Shown one piece after another: positions 23,801 through 33,825 of a DNA stretch of 64,000 nt; positions within the stretch are counted from its first letter, which is position 1; every line of letters starts with the position of its first letter. The DNA is from a virus (Duplodnaviria > Caudoviricetes): IMG/VR virus record IMGVR_UViG_3300009183_000045. One strand, written 5' to 3'. A model generated the notes under the pieces. The model had not been told where the DNA came from, ran no database searches, and was given only the letters and a program-made list of their open reading frames with translations. A program made the translations under genes and the position numbers.

Positions 23801-25732
23801 AATATATTTAAACACCTCATCAGCAAAGGTATCTTCTCCGCACCATATGAAAGATATCTTCTCATTAGCATTTGCTTTAAATGATATAGAACTTTGTATT
23901 GAACCATCCACAAAATGAGAACATTCAACGGCACTCATTTGGCCATAAATCATTATGTTTTGGGTGGTTATGTTTAAGTGACTCACCGGTTCACTTCCGT
24001 ACCAGGCAGCTTCTGTTGCTTGGGTAACATCACCTCTGCTGTTTAATTTATAAATTACATCTGATGTGGAAATAGTCTGCCCGGCAACTGCACCGGCCAT
24101 AGCATAAGAAGAATTAACCTCTGATAGTCTTATAGGTAAACAATCATTTTCTGTGAAATTGGTAGGTAAAGTGTCACCAGTTGTGAAAGTTTGTACCGGC
24201 CATTGTATATTATTAGTCCCCTTGATGATTGCTAAATCTGTTCTATCAAATTTATAAACAAATGATATCTCAGTATCTATCCCCGAGTGAATTTCCGGAG
24301 TTGTATAATCATGAGTTCTTTTTATAATGACATCTGCTTCATCAGAAAATTTACCCGCAGTGGCCCCTCTGTCTATTAAAGTACTTTGATTTAAATAAAT
24401 GGGAAGGGAAGCTGTTAGAGGAAAATTTGTAGTATAATATTTGGTTAAAATGTCTACTTGTTGTTCGGTAGTTAAAGCTTTAAAGAATTTATCATTATTT
24501 CTTTCTAAATTAAAGTTTTTGAAAATCATTTCTTGGGTATCTAGGTCATACCCAACAAACGGATATAAAAACTCTGTAACCTCTCCGCCTTTTAATATGA
24601 TATTAGTTCTACCGTTTACTGGTAAACTATATGGCCCTTGTAACCAAGCTCCTTCCACTGTTCCATTTTTATCAGAAAATAATAAATCAGAATTTGTGTA
24701 AGTCGAACCCGGAGTTGCTCCGGATTGAATAAAAGAAGATTCTTGAATGTTTATAGGTGAATATGAATTATTATAAACATTATGTTTTAATTCTTGATAT
24801 CCACTTGGCCATAAAAACCAATTATCTCCCTGAGCCATTCCTACATTTAATATAAAATCTGGCTGAGCCACTTCTTCCAATTTTACAGCAGTAAGACCGT
24901 ACAAGGTTTCACCTAAAAATTTTTGACTAATGGCTATTTGATTATTGATCTGAGAAGTTTGGCTGGATAAAGAGGGGTTTGAAGTTACATTAGAAAGATA
25001 ATCTTTGAATATGTTAGAGAGTGGAGTGTCTGACACCCTGTCTAAAAATCTAGTAGAAATCATGCCAAGTATTTCCTTTTCAGAAAAGGGATTTACATCA
25101 TCTTTTAATGGTAAAAAATCTTCTATGTGGCTATAATCCAGATATTCTTTTACATCAACACTCGGATCTGAGTCATGATAATTTGCAACATCATGCAGCT
25201 CTTCTAGTTCTATAAAGAAATCATTTTTTATAGAACTTAATTCCGGAAACATTGTTTGTATCGGCAATGCCGGAATTTGAGTAACCAACCCGTCCCTTTG
25301 AGTAAAGGTTCTCAATACATAATCATATAACAAAGACTCTAAACCTTTATTAGAACCTATTAAATTAAATTTATTTTTAGCTCTTTTAACAGACTCTCTT
25401 TTTGAATTTAAAACTTTGGCCACCTCTGTAAGTTTCTTGGCAAAAAAAGGAATTGCTAAAATAAGATCTTCTTGATTATTATAATCTATATCTTTTATAA
25501 AAAGATTAGTTTCATTTTGAGCAAAAATAAAATTAAGATCTTTAATTAACTGTATAAATTCTTGTTTTAATGCCTCCTTAGCTTTAGATGAATGCTGATT
25601 TTTGTTATTGTACCATTGTTTGAGGTATTGTATATAAGCAGATTCAGAAGCCCCGTGAACATCTGCATAACTCTGTTGCATTTGCCATTGGCTAAAAGTC
25701 CATGGTGTTGAGTTTTCAGAATGATTAGACAT
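20825..25732 (-). CDS. Large structural protein with vWA (MIDAS) and C-terminal Ig-like domain
   Basis: [13 protein letters not shown] (DxSxS) and IVIISDG; FSYQWYHNN...[10 protein letters not shown] is an Ig motif. Confidence 0.75.
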   Translation of the reverse strand: MSNHSENSTPWTFSQWQMQQSYADVHGASESAYIQYLKQWYNNKNQHSSKAKEALKQEFIQLIKDLNFIFAQNETNLFIKDIDYNNQEDLILAIPFFAKKLTEVAKVLNSKRESVKRAKNKFNLIGSNKGLESLLYDYVLRTFTQRDGLVTQIPALPIQTMFPELSSIKNDFFIELEELHDVANYHDSDPSVDVKEYLDYSHIEDFLPLKDDVNPFSEKEILGMISTRFLDRVSDTPLSNIFKDYLSNVTSNPSLSSQTSQINNQIAISQKFLGETLYGLTAVKLEEVAQPDFILNVGMAQGDNWFLWPSGYQELKHNVYNNSYSPINIQESSFIQSGATPGSTYTNSDLLFSDKNGTVEGAWLQGPYSLPVNGRTNIILKGGEVTEFLYPFVGYDLDTQEMIFKNFNLERNNDKFFKALTTEQQVDILTKYYTTNFPLTASLPIYLNQSTLIDRGATAGKFSDEADVIIKRTHDYTTPEIHSGIDTEISFVYKFDRTDLAIIKGTNNIQWPVQTFTTGDTLPTNFTENDCLPIRLSEVNSSYAMAGAVAGQTISTSDVIYKLNSRGDVTQATEAAWYGSEPVSHLNITTQNIMIYGQMSAVECSHFVDGSIQSSISFKANANEKISFIWCGEDTFADEVFKYINHEKNCVYGKTYPHEYYKDQDFVNPVSLSNKNYWTQCSCKAVHYSPIGHKGNKVTDYNGTADYLFADPFGLGDKFTIGSWVDTRGLNIKDSPQFSFFQLDQTEGDGNIGFGTGRWKTSDTTLSEVGDRMILKTGRRYTYCRSGLRTNSSSGAGNTISAKSSPYFVCNYIYPKLNAIMCDGNDVKYDIVIALDYSRSQSFDFDKVKKAVNTICSKLINACTNDGSNVCYDRQKSVQVAIVGFAANSVMVNYLTNEEYELNLQIEALNCPTQFPDYQTNFSAALRLCDNILNPTSPGLDKTLLDLKTLCSSLNVTLANQSKLSGALNSPQKGAIQKIVIISDGVSTTEDSADIVSLAKQYKNKGIEIQAISMGELSLTNSLMEQIATSDQTHFNLYKYLVSGDGNYDSFISYISTRINGCVPFYPVWRKAIKNQSGNWIETTLVSDIILRPNDYLIYEHQGGTSYIDTFAGVEFYQPGVSFTINIKLDGWDYEMSNFSNLNVGPSFGAKPFWAKVPTNPVVYAGQIKFVYDYVPLHQPDISVMSLNTGDYVQYNRIGALDLGWDQPLNFDVTINTVQWNKIIFDKKYSNLESILRSNKLDCIIQGSTELSDILLEGYSEYKPARYHYYAVNSFSYSENLYLKNRCISNYIIFNSGVFIEPAEPYANLDNRFFPTAATVSFPNLAVTENEVGGYMLPENLGVSTYRGRGYSYSVNQTNLSAISLSNSEAVFLDPKKYGSRNRGLTKKDQLSPVVLDGIDNKWIMEPYGSGAKAGVILGTKENQKFTPYQSDYEILGYNTHGLARQQDDFQFWKFNEDNNVIWKDKTSDSNYRKELLSDVYGTHVNKLLANKGTMVQWRCDIFGNDYGLYKQLQTEVIHIKKLPPTIIFQTASALSINVGSFCALSIIASGEQPFSYQWYHNNTPIVGGAFTDYKIFKSVPETSGVYVCQVSNLMGMVSSVPIYITFNIDTEGNFIVDDLEDILTGDDQKPIAWI

Positions 25733-25738
25733 TGGTAA

Positions 25739-25744
25739 TATTTA
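25739..25744 (-). promoter_or_regulatory. T4-late-like promoter TAAATA
   Basis: 6 nt before ATG 25732. Confidence 0.6.
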
Positions 25745-25746
25745 TA

Positions 25747-27288
25747 TTATAAAACTAAAAGCCTTCGAGAATTACCATTAGAATCTTGACAGGTTATATA
25801 TCCACTAGCGGATGTTCCGTTAGAGAGAGATAAAGGTTGTGTTGTATATGCACCGAACCTTACATTTGTTCCTAAATCTATATACTTTGTATCTGTCCCA
25901 GGGTATAATTTTAATCCAACCTGGTCAGAACTGTTTTCTGCCCCATTTACAGAAATAAGACTATGACCGTTAGAGTCAGCGCCAGTTACCCTAACATGAC
26001 TCACCGCAGAATTTGCATTAGAAATTTCAAATTGAGTAAAACTATTATAGGTGTTAAACAATATAGAATTAGAATCTGGAGTTTTGATGTATAATTTTCC
26101 GACACTAGAAGAAACAGCCGCGTTATCATTCCAGGTGGTTAAGCTGGTGTATATGCTAGAGGTTAAATTGGAGCTACCATTTATAACCCCGTACGTATTA
26201 AACTCCATACCGTATCTTCCGTTACTCAAAGCAACTGCATTATAGCATTCTATTTCTCCAGCTGTCTGAGCATAAAAACCAGATCTTGTATTTAAACTAG
26301 AAGTAGTATTTTTAGCATCTATTTGTGAATTGGAATAAGAATTATAACCATTGGTGGTATTATAAGTTGCTTGGGAATACTTAGCATTTATTTGAGAATG
26401 GTTTTCAGCCAAATAACCAGCTAAATTGTGATTTGAATTGGCATGGTTGGCCGATATATGAGAACGGTTACTTGCATAAAAACCATTTCCATATGCACAA
26501 TTTTTAGTCTCTACATAGTCTGCTAAAATAACTGAACCTCTATCTGCCATTACTCCGTGTCTGCAATTATTAATAATAACATTGGAACCTAATTGTATAA
26601 AAGCTCCCCCATCAGCCTTAATAGCTGCATAGGCATTGGCGGCGTCGCCCACGCCGGTTATTGTTACACCGTTTATTAACCCAAAAGAATTCCCGTTGGT
26701 ACAGGTTATTAAGTCAAATCCAGGAATTAAAGGATTGTTCATTAATAAATTAACATTAACTGGAGTGTTTACATCTCCTATAAGTTGTATATTTTGACCA
26801 TATGGATGATTTAAATTAAGAGTTTGGTTTAAATTCCAAGTGCCTGGACCTAATTTTATTTGCACAGTTCCTTCAATGTGCCACTTTTTAATTTTATTAA
26901 AAATGTTTAATATAGAACGATCCGAGTCAACGTCGTTGACGGGATTTATTACTACAGTTGAACCATAAGGAACAAAAAGTCTTTCTCCTAAAGCTGCCAA
27001 AGAAGCAGTGGCTAAATCTGTATAATCATTTGTCGTATAAAATTGCTCAAGTTTGTCGTTAACTGAAACGTCAGGTTTTGTATCAGTTCCTTCAAACCTA
27101 ACCAATCTGGCAGCCAAAGACAAATCATCTAAAAGATCATCCAAAGAATTGGCTAAATTCTGGGTACTAATTTTTACCTCTACATTAGTTGTACCCGGTC
27201 TATAACCCACTATATAATCCGTGTCATTTATAGGATCGACTAAAGTCCCTCCTTTAGTGGTAAAATCTGCAAAAGTTTTGTTAGCCAT
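25747..27288 (-). CDS. Tail spike/fibre with right-handed beta-helix (pectin-lyase-like) repeats
   Basis: Repeats of the type GFYASNRSHISANHANSNHNLAGYLAENHSQINAKY. Confidence 0.6.
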   Translation of the reverse strand: MANKTFADFTTKGGTLVDPINDTDYIVGYRPGTTNVEVKISTQNLANSLDDLLDDLSLAARLVRFEGTDTKPDVSVNDKLEQFYTTNDYTDLATASLAALGERLFVPYGSTVVINPVNDVDSDRSILNIFNKIKKWHIEGTVQIKLGPGTWNLNQTLNLNHPYGQNIQLIGDVNTPVNVNLLMNNPLIPGFDLITCTNGNSFGLINGVTITGVGDAANAYAAIKADGGAFIQLGSNVIINNCRHGVMADRGSVILADYVETKNCAYGNGFYASNRSHISANHANSNHNLAGYLAENHSQINAKYSQATYNTTNGYNSYSNSQIDAKNTTSSLNTRSGFYAQTAGEIECYNAVALSNGRYGMEFNTYGVINGSSNLTSSIYTSLTTWNDNAAVSSSVGKLYIKTPDSNSILFNTYNSFTQFEISNANSAVSHVRVTGADSNGHSLISVNGAENSSDQVGLKLYPGTDTKYIDLGTNVRFGAYTTQPLSLSNGTSASGYITCQDSNGNSRRLLVL

Positions 27289-27297
27289 GATAGTAAT

Positions 27298-27555
27298 TTA
27301 GAAAAAAAGTAAAAAGTCTCCGCCGTTATCTACTGATTGATAGTAATAATTACCTGCAGCAGTAAGAAGAAATTGTCTTTGAAGGTAATAAGAGGGGTCT
27401 GGTTTCTCAGAAAGAATTTGATCTCTTTCTTCCTTTGTCATACCAGTGTTTAAATTACAATTAATATCCCCATTAATTGTAATAGGAAACCTTCCATTAA
27501 GCATTTTACCATTTTTTAGGTAACTGGTTTGATAAATGATTTCTTCTAAAGGCAT
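27298..27555 (-). CDS. Hypothetical protein (likely start MPLEE at 27555)
   Basis: ATG lies 5 nt after TAAGTT; co-oriented with the structural genes. Confidence 0.5.
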   Translation of the reverse strand: MPLEEIIYQTSYLKNGKMLNGRFPITINGDINCNLNTGMTKEERDQILSEKPDPSYYLQRQFLLTAAGNYYYQSVDNGGDFLLFF

Positions 27556-27592
27556 ATAAAAACTTATGGCAAAAGGAATACTTTGATATAAA

Positions 27593-28357
27593 ATGTATGA
27601 TATGTTTTCCAAAAAAATTCAAATAGAATTTATAGCCAATAGCAAAGACATGTTGGAAATAACAGAAAAACCATACCCAGCTATCCAGAACACTCCAGAA
27701 TGGTTCAAGAATTCTGAAAGGTATATACACGGCATAAAAGATATAGATGTTTATAACGATCCTAACAGCACCATTAAGAAATGCATGCCGGTGGTAGATT
27801 TGATAGGTGCTGGTTATCACATCCCACTCCATTCTGATGTATGGGTTGAAAACGGCGGAGAACAACAATTATCCTTTAAATGGTCTTGGGATTCTATAGA
27901 GATAGTAAGTCTTCAAAAAGCAGAGCAACATTCCAAATACCCAACTCCTTCTGGATATTATAATACAATTTTTAAATGGATCAATCCTTGGTGTGTTAAG
28001 ACTCCTCCTGGCTGGTCTTGTTTATTTGTCCACCCACAACATCACGAAGAGCTACCCTTTCGTAGCATGTCTGCCTTAGTAGATACGGACAAACATCCTA
28101 TTCCGGTTCATTTTCCGTTTCATCTCAAAAAAGGATTTGATGGATTAATTTCAAAAGGAACTCCAATGATTCAAATTATTCCGTTTAAACGGGAAAAATT
28201 TAGATCTTCTTTTTCCTGGGACAAAGGAAACATGCTCAAAAATGCCTGGACCAAGGCCCATACCGTTTTCTTTGAAAGATATCAAAAGACCTTTCGTTCT
28301 CCCAAAACCTTCGAACAGGGAACAGAAAAGAAATCCAAGTGTCCTCTAGGATTCTGA
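27593..28357 (+). CDS. Conserved phage hypothetical protein
   Basis: TIKKCMPVVD...KWINPWCVKTPPGWSCLFVHP...KGTPMIQIIPFKRE looks like a family recurrent in aquatic phages (recalled, not searched); function unknown. Confidence 0.6.
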   Translation: MYDMFSKKIQIEFIANSKDMLEITEKPYPAIQNTPEWFKNSERYIHGIKDIDVYNDPNSTIKKCMPVVDLIGAGYHIPLHSDVWVENGGEQQLSFKWSWDSIEIVSLQKAEQHSKYPTPSGYYNTIFKWINPWCVKTPPGWSCLFVHPQHHEELPFRSMSALVDTDKHPIPVHFPFHLKKGFDGLISKGTPMIQIIPFKREKFRSSFSWDKGNMLKNAWTKAHTVFFERYQKTFRSPKTFEQGTEKKSKCPLGF

Positions 28358-28372
28358 GAATTCTGGTGGCAG

Positions 28373-28395
28373 TTCCCCCCATTCCCTTCTATTAT
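28373..28395 (+). promoter_or_regulatory. TTCCC-N12-TATTAT promoter
   Basis: 6 nt before ATG 28402. Confidence 0.7.
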
Positions 28396-28401
28396 TAAAA
28401 C

Positions 28402-29244
28402 ATGATTAACACATTGACATACGAAGAAGCAGTTCAGAAATGCCCCGCTATTGCAGCCACCGAGCCGTCTAGCAAGGCTTCAAAAAAGTACAACTTCATC
28501 TCCACTGGAGAAATTGTTCGCAAGGCCATGGATAATGATTGGGTTATTCGAGACACTAAAGCAGGACGAGGTCTCCACGGAGTTCATACGGTAAATTTGG
28601 TTCACAAATCTCAAACAGTTGTGGACCATCAAGAAGGATTTCCTCAGATTAGCCTGATTAATAGTCATAACCTTTCTCGCAGGTTTTCCTTGTCCCTTGG
28701 ATTCTTTCGCTTGGTCTGCTCTAACGGACTAATTGCTCCCGTTGGTTTGTGTCAATCTATTCGCCCCACACTCCACCGTCAAGGTGCTTTTGGCGACGGT
28801 AATGATGTCTTGGCTCTCCTCAATGAATCTTTTGGTCAATTTGACAACATTGTAAAACAGACCAAGACCATGAAGGAACGCCGGCTTTCCGGGGAAGAAA
28901 GGACCGTACTGGCTCGTTATGCCTACTATATCCGCTTTCGGTATCGCATGATGCAACCCAAGAAAGTAGATATGGGAGAACTTCTCAAACCTCGACGGAC
29001 TGCAGATGCAGGCACAGATCTATGGACCACTTTCAATGTGATTCAAGAAAATCTCGTCCGTGGAGGAACCCGAATTGGTAATGGTATCACCCAATTTCAG
29101 GATGAACTCCGATTCAATCAAGAACTTTGGACCGGAGTTGATAAAGCCGTGAATCACTGTGGAACAGATCTAGAAGTAGTTCTCAAGAATCTCTTTCCCA
29201 AGAAAGAAAGGGAAAAGAAAACCTTGATCATTGGGGATAATTAA
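28402..29244 (+). CDS. DUF932/DUF945 family protein
   Basis: LINSHNLSRRFSLSLGFFRLVCSNGL and DLWTTFNVIQENL. Confidence 0.75.
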   Translation: MINTLTYEEAVQKCPAIAATEPSSKASKKYNFISTGEIVRKAMDNDWVIRDTKAGRGLHGVHTVNLVHKSQTVVDHQEGFPQISLINSHNLSRRFSLSLGFFRLVCSNGLIAPVGLCQSIRPTLHRQGAFGDGNDVLALLNESFGQFDNIVKQTKTMKERRLSGEERTVLARYAYYIRFRYRMMQPKKVDMGELLKPRRTADAGTDLWTTFNVIQENLVRGGTRIGNGITQFQDELRFNQELWTGVDKAVNHCGTDLEVVLKNLFPKKEREKKTLIIGDN

Positions 29245-29257
29245 TTATTTACAATAT

Positions 29258-29467
29258 ATGAGCCTTCAAGTTTCTTTCGAAGATTTTCACAAAATGGTGA
29301 ATAAAGAATGTCTTAAACAAACTGGTTTAAACTTAATTGACATTCCCACCATATTTTGTGAAGATTTTTGGCCGGGAGATTATCAAGAAGTGGTAACAAT
29401 TCAAGACGCCAAAGTGGCCATGGAATTTATTATGGAGGCCATTCTTGAAGTCCTTGAGATTAGTTGA
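29258..29467 (+). CDS. Hypothetical protein (ATG at 29258)
   Basis: ORF track, with the start moved to the first ATG. Confidence 0.5.
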   Translation: MSLQVSFEDFHKMVNKECLKQTGLNLIDIPTIFCEDFWPGDYQEVVTIQDAKVAMEFIMEAILEVLEIS

Positions 29468-29479
29468 TAAGTATTTTTC

Positions 29480-30250
29480 ATGGCAGTACATGCAAACCCA
29501 CCAGCACTGATTTCAATGTCCCAGATAGTAGCAGAATTTGGAGGCACGGCCCCTCATTCTCTTTCTGAATACTACAGGAATGGTATCTATGTGGTGGGCA
29601 CTGGCGCTCCTAGTGTACCAATTAGCCCAGCAGCCATTCGTTTAAGTAATTTTTACGGAGCTTCTTTGTATACTCCCGGTGAACAATCATTTTCATCAGT
29701 TGGTAATTTCAGTTTTACAGTTCCTTCTGGAGCAACAAACTTAATGGTTATGGTTGTCGGCGGCGGCGGAGGTGGCGGCGGCTGTCAAGGAAGTGGAGAT
29801 AGTCACGCCGGCGGCGGCGGTGGTTCTGGTGGAAATACTGGTCTTGTTCATTTGGATGTCTCCCCTGGTCAGGTTTTTTATGGTAAAGTTGGAGCGGGGG
29901 GTCAAAACGCTGGGGTTTATTTTAATCAATGGATATTTCATAACAATAATACTTTTACAGGAACCCAGGGAGGCACCTCCACTTTTGGAACATTAAATGC
30001 AACTGGCGGCTTCGGCGGTTCTAGCAGTAATGGAGATTCCTGCACAGGGGCTTCTGGCGCTGGTGGCTCCCCAAATGGTGTAGCTGGCGGTGCTATAGAT
30101 TGTAATAGAAATTCATACGCAGCCACTCAGGGCGGCTATTATGGTTATGGTGGTGGTTATGGCCGCGGAGGAAATAGTCACGGTTATGGTGGTTCAGGTA
30201 TATATAACGGAACTTACGGAGGAAACGGTTATGTGTATTTATACTGGTAA
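29480..30250 (+). CDS. Glycine-rich virion/fibre-associated protein
   Basis: N-terminal ISMSQIVAEFGG..PHSLSEYYR and a VVGGGGGGG domain; TAAGTA 6 nt upstream. Confidence 0.6.
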   Translation: MAVHANPPALISMSQIVAEFGGTAPHSLSEYYRNGIYVVGTGAPSVPISPAAIRLSNFYGASLYTPGEQSFSSVGNFSFTVPSGATNLMVMVVGGGGGGGGCQGSGDSHAGGGGGSGGNTGLVHLDVSPGQVFYGKVGAGGQNAGVYFNQWIFHNNNTFTGTQGGTSTFGTLNATGGFGGSSSNGDSCTGASGAGGSPNGVAGGAIDCNRNSYAATQGGYYGYGGGYGRGGNSHGYGGSGIYNGTYGGNGYVYLYW

Positions 30251-30350
30251 ATGATATTGAAAATTGGGATATTAATTGTAAATATTATTAGTTCTGGTGC
30301 TCAAGTAGACTAGAATCAAAACAACACTTGCTCGAAAGAGGAGTATTAAT

Positions 30351-30839
30351 ATGACAACAAAACTAATAACTAGCACAAAGTCTCTAGCAGACACCTTGTA
30401 TGGCTTCAACCAATTGCCAGCATTGTTCAACGATAATTGGTTCCATAGTATCTTTGGTCAAGTCGACAAAGCATTTGACGCCCCCGGAGTTCACTATCCT
30501 TATAACGTCCTGGTCCATCGATCCAAGGACACAAACTCCCCATTTGAATATGAAATTCAAGTAGCTCTGGCTGGATTGAACCGAGAGGATATTAAAATTC
30601 AAGTCAAAGAAAATAAACTAATCATTGGTATAAATCCCAAAGAAGATGATATTATTGTCGATCATTTTATTTCTTATGTTCGAAATGGTATTAGCTATAG
30701 AAGAGCTTCTTTAGAATTCAGTTTAGCTAAAGAAGTAGAACCTCAAAACATCCATAGCAAATTTAAAAACGGTTTACTAAAGGTTTATGTCCCTTTAACT
30801 AAGCAAACATCCACAGACATTAACATCTCAGTAGATTAA
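30351..30839 (+). CDS. hsp20: Small heat-shock protein (Hsp20/IbpA family)
   Basis: YPYNV...YEIQVALAGLNREDIKIQVKENKLII...GISYR...FSLA...FKNGLLKVYV. Confidence 0.9.
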   Translation: MTTKLITSTKSLADTLYGFNQLPALFNDNWFHSIFGQVDKAFDAPGVHYPYNVLVHRSKDTNSPFEYEIQVALAGLNREDIKIQVKENKLIIGINPKEDDIIVDHFISYVRNGISYRRASLEFSLAKEVEPQNIHSKFKNGLLKVYVPLTKQTSTDINISVD

Positions 30840-30871
30840 AGTCCTTGCCTGAGCACCAGAGACTAACTTTT

Positions 30872-30906
30872 AAACTTGAGTATTTTAATTAATACTCAAG
30901 TTTTTT
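30872..30906 (+). terminator. Intrinsic terminator after hsp20
   Basis: Perfect 13-bp inverted repeat aaacttgagtatt/aatactcaagttt running into a T tract. Confidence 0.85.
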
Positions 30907-30915
30907 ATTTTTACA

Positions 30916-30921
30916 TAAATA
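30916..30921 (+). promoter_or_regulatory. T4-late-like promoter TAAATA
   Basis: 6 nt before ATG 30928. Confidence 0.6.
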
Positions 30922-30927
30922 TTATAT

Positions 30928-31833
30928 ATGGCTATTCATAATGACACCGCTCCTATTAAAATGTCTCAAATTGCTGCTGAATTTAGCCAGACATTTTCTA
31001 ATATGCATTTAAAATCATATTACAGAGGAGGTGGTATTGTTGGGACCAATAACACCAATGTGCCAGTGTCTCCTAATCCTATAGGTGTAAAAAGTTTCTA
31101 CGGAGCAGCAGCTGCTTTTACATACTCAGACATAATAGCCAGTGATACATACTATTATGATTTATACAGTGTTGCGGTTGCGGCTGGGTGGAATAAAGTA
31201 ATTCCTTTAAAGTTCTCAGCAACAATAAATAACGGTGTTGTAGTGGGTAGTGGCCCGGCGACAATACCTTGGTACTGGCTCAAGCAGGCATTTTATGTCC
31301 AGGGAACATTTCCCGCCGGTAGTGAAATAACTATATATAACAATGGTTATATAGTGGGCCAGGGCGCTTGTGGCGGCGGCGGCGGCCAATGGCCTTGGGA
31401 AAACAGCGGCGCAGGTCAAGGTGCTGGATGGCCTGGTTATAACGGGTGGGATGCTCTTTATGTTGAAACTCCAGTCATTATTTATAATTACGGGACTATT
31501 GGCGGCGGCGGCGGCGGCGGAGCCGGTGGAAAAAGTGCCGACAGTGGTCGCGAGTTATGGAACCGAGCCGGCTCCGGCGGCGGCGGTGCTGGAGCAGCTC
31601 CCTGTAATAATTATGTGTCGACCCCGGGAACTTTAACAACTGGAGGTGCAGGTTCTGATCCCATTGGAACTGACCCAGCTCGGGGCACGCGTGGGGGTAA
31701 TGGTGGAAACCTTGGCTATGCCGGTGAAAGTATGTTTGGCATCGCTGGTGGCTCAGCTGGTAAATGTGTAATAGGAAATCAATATATTACTTGGGCAGTC
31801 ACAGGTACTCGCCTCGGGCTAATTACAAATTAA
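30928..31833 (+). CDS. Glycine-rich virion/fibre-associated protein, paralogue of 29480..30250
   Basis: N-terminal IKMSQIAAEF...LKSYYRGG; IYNNGYIVGQGACGGGG. Confidence 0.6.
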   Translation: MAIHNDTAPIKMSQIAAEFSQTFSNMHLKSYYRGGGIVGTNNTNVPVSPNPIGVKSFYGAAAAFTYSDIIASDTYYYDLYSVAVAAGWNKVIPLKFSATINNGVVVGSGPATIPWYWLKQAFYVQGTFPAGSEITIYNNGYIVGQGACGGGGGQWPWENSGAGQGAGWPGYNGWDALYVETPVIIYNYGTIGGGGGGGAGGKSADSGRELWNRAGSGGGGAGAAPCNNYVSTPGTLTTGGAGSDPIGTDPARGTRGGNGGNLGYAGESMFGIAGGSAGKCVIGNQYITWAVTGTRLGLITN

Positions 31834-31914
31834 TTAATTTAAAATATATTCAAATTCTCAGATAAGCCTTTAAACAACTCTAGACTTTAAAGCCTATGTG
31901 TCATAAATAGATAC

Positions 31915-32121
31915 ATGGGCTTTCGTATTGATCCAGTAGATAAAGGGGGCGTATTTGATCATGATTTTTATACGTCTGAAAATTACACAAATGAAGTAAA
32001 GACTTTGATGTATTATTTAGAGGCAGAAGGATTTAACAGAAAACAAGAATCATTTTCTATCATGGTACAAGGTAGGACCTGGTTAGTAAAGCCTCATGAA
32101 ACACCTCCAAAGAAAAAATGA
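31915..32121 (+). CDS. Hypothetical protein
   Basis: ORF with TAAATA 5 nt upstream. Confidence 0.55.
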   Translation: MGFRIDPVDKGGVFDHDFYTSENYTNEVKTLMYYLEAEGFNRKQESFSIMVQGRTWLVKPHETPPKKK

Positions 32122-32567
32122 AAACTAGAACTATAATATCAGCTAGTTTATTGATCCCAATAGTTTTATTTGGGTCAATAAAAGAAACCCCTGAAAATTC
32201 TACACCCAATTTAAACAAACTTCGAATTAATCAAGAGGTTTATTTAACTGACACCCAAGGTATTGTTAATCCTAAAACAGTTTCAGTGTTACAAGTAGGA
32301 GATAATGTCCGTATCTATCGTCCTGATGGCACTCTCTACATCGGATTGGTGACAGAGACTAAGGAAGAAGAAGGGTCCCTTCGTATATACGGTAAAATTA
32401 ATAACGTAGAAGACACTCAATTTGGTTTTGCATTTGCAGCTGGTGGTCATTTTGCCGGCGCTATTATAGAACGAAAAAATGATAGGATATATGCCTTAGA
32501 ACTTAGTGAAGCTCATAAGGGATTTATTTTTCTCTATACTACAAAGTATGATAAGAAATTAATTTGA
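32118..32567 (+). CDS. Secreted or membrane-anchored hypothetical protein
   Basis: N-terminal MKTRTIISASLLIPIVLFG signal-like segment. Confidence 0.55.
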   Translation: MKTRTIISASLLIPIVLFGSIKETPENSTPNLNKLRINQEVYLTDTQGIVNPKTVSVLQVGDNVRIYRPDGTLYIGLVTETKEEEGSLRIYGKINNVEDTQFGFAFAAGGHFAGAIIERKNDRIYALELSEAHKGFIFLYTTKYDKKLI

Positions 32568-32580
32568 TAAAGTAAAACAA

Positions 32581-32610
32581 AAAACCCTTCCCGATACCAG
32601 GAAGGGTTTT
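32581..32610. terminator. Bidirectional intrinsic terminator
   Basis: aaaacccttcc-N8-ggaagggtttt between convergent genes. Confidence 0.85.
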
Positions 32611-32629
32611 ATTTTGGAGAAATTTAAAC

Positions 32630-33433
32630 TTAGAAAGTCAATTCTACCCCAGCACTAGCAATCCAGAAATTAGGCTTCTCTGCATTCACCTTCTTGTCTG
32701 TGAATAAACGCGTCAGACTGGTATTCAGACTAACATTCTTTGCAATCTCTGTAGATGCTTCAAGACCTACAGTAGTATAGCTACACTTCTGATTTGCAGC
32801 ATAGAAACCATCTGTACCGTAATTTACATTAACTGGTAACACGAATGTGGTCTTGTAAGCCTTACCAACTGTAGGAGCAACTCCTACCTGATAGAAGGTC
32901 CCACGACCAGAGCCTTGACCAGGAGTTCCTGCCAATCCCTTATAGACGGAGACATGAGGATCCAATCCCAACAAGCCCCTATAATCCAGGGTCAAATCTA
33001 CAGCCTGGCTGCTACCCTTTTCACTATTAGGACTAGTGTTAGAATGATAAGAGGGGGTCAATGTAAAATTACCCCTAGTCAAACCAACTCCTACGACTAC
33101 TTCTGAACGAACCCAATCATTTAGGACTGCATTAGGATTTGAGAACTGCCTTGTGGAGACATCCACAGAAGCGGAATCAATTCCGTAAGCATGGACCTCA
33201 AAAGGAAGACTCAAATTGAGGTAGGTTTGTGTGGATGATGTGGAATCTAGATGCACTCCCTTATAGGTGTATCCGTTGGATACATCCACCCCAAAGGAAC
33301 CATTTACTGGTAGTAATCCCTTTTCTGTAGAGGTGAGAGGCTTGCTCGGGGTTCCGGCCTGAGCGGTTAAGGCAGCTGCAATAAGAGCTGCCACGGCATA
33401 TGTTTGTGTTTTTGTCATATGATTTGTTTTCAT
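32630..33433 (-). CDS. Outer-membrane beta-barrel protein (TorF/TIGR02001-like porin)
   Basis: Signal peptide ending ALTAQA; DVSNGYTYKG resembles SdYvfRG; alternating strands; C-terminal WIASAGVELTF ends in Phe. Confidence 0.65.
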   Translation of the reverse strand: MKTNHMTKTQTYAVAALIAAALTAQAGTPSKPLTSTEKGLLPVNGSFGVDVSNGYTYKGVHLDSTSSTQTYLNLSLPFEVHAYGIDSASVDVSTRQFSNPNAVLNDWVRSEVVVGVGLTRGNFTLTPSYHSNTSPNSEKGSSQAVDLTLDYRGLLGLDPHVSVYKGLAGTPGQGSGRGTFYQVGVAPTVGKAYKTTFVLPVNVNYGTDGFYAANQKCSYTTVGLEASTEIAKNVSLNTSLTRLFTDKKVNAEKPNFWIASAGVELTF

Positions 33434-33516
33434 GTAGAATGTACTACACATTTTTTATTTTAAAGCTTTCTCGGAAAACGTCACGTGTGTTTTTACGTTC
33501 TGTTATAAATTATAGT

Positions 33517-33825
33517 ATGTCCGAATTTGAAGACTTCGCTAATGACGCCCTTGAAAATTTAAGAAGGGAGAGGAATAAATTCATGGCTCCAAAAGTTACA
33601 GAAACTTATATTCAGCCGGATGAAAAGGATTCAGATCCTACACCACCCTCTTTGGCTTACCTGGAACAATGTTGTCCAGAATCAGCTAATAGAAAAAAAG
33701 AAGATCCCAAAGATCGAAAAAAAAAATTACTAGATGATTTTATAATCACTATAGTTAATCAGTATCCTGAAAGTATTAGATCTCAAATTTTAGAGGAAGT
33801 AAAAAAATCTACTTCCGCGCCTTGA
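33517..33825 (+). CDS. Hypothetical protein (start MSEFED)
   Basis: TAAATT 5 nt upstream of ATG 33517. Confidence 0.5.
   Translation: MSEFEDFANDALENLRRERNKFMAPKVTETYIQPDEKDSDPTPPSLAYLEQCCPESANRKKEDPKDRKKKLLDDFIITIVNQYPESIRSQILEEVKKSTSAP

Noticed and set aside
30293-30860. hsp20 flanking inverted repeat as an IS or invertible element
   Set aside because: No transposase or recombinase and no target duplication is visible. It is kept only as an alternative in the findings.
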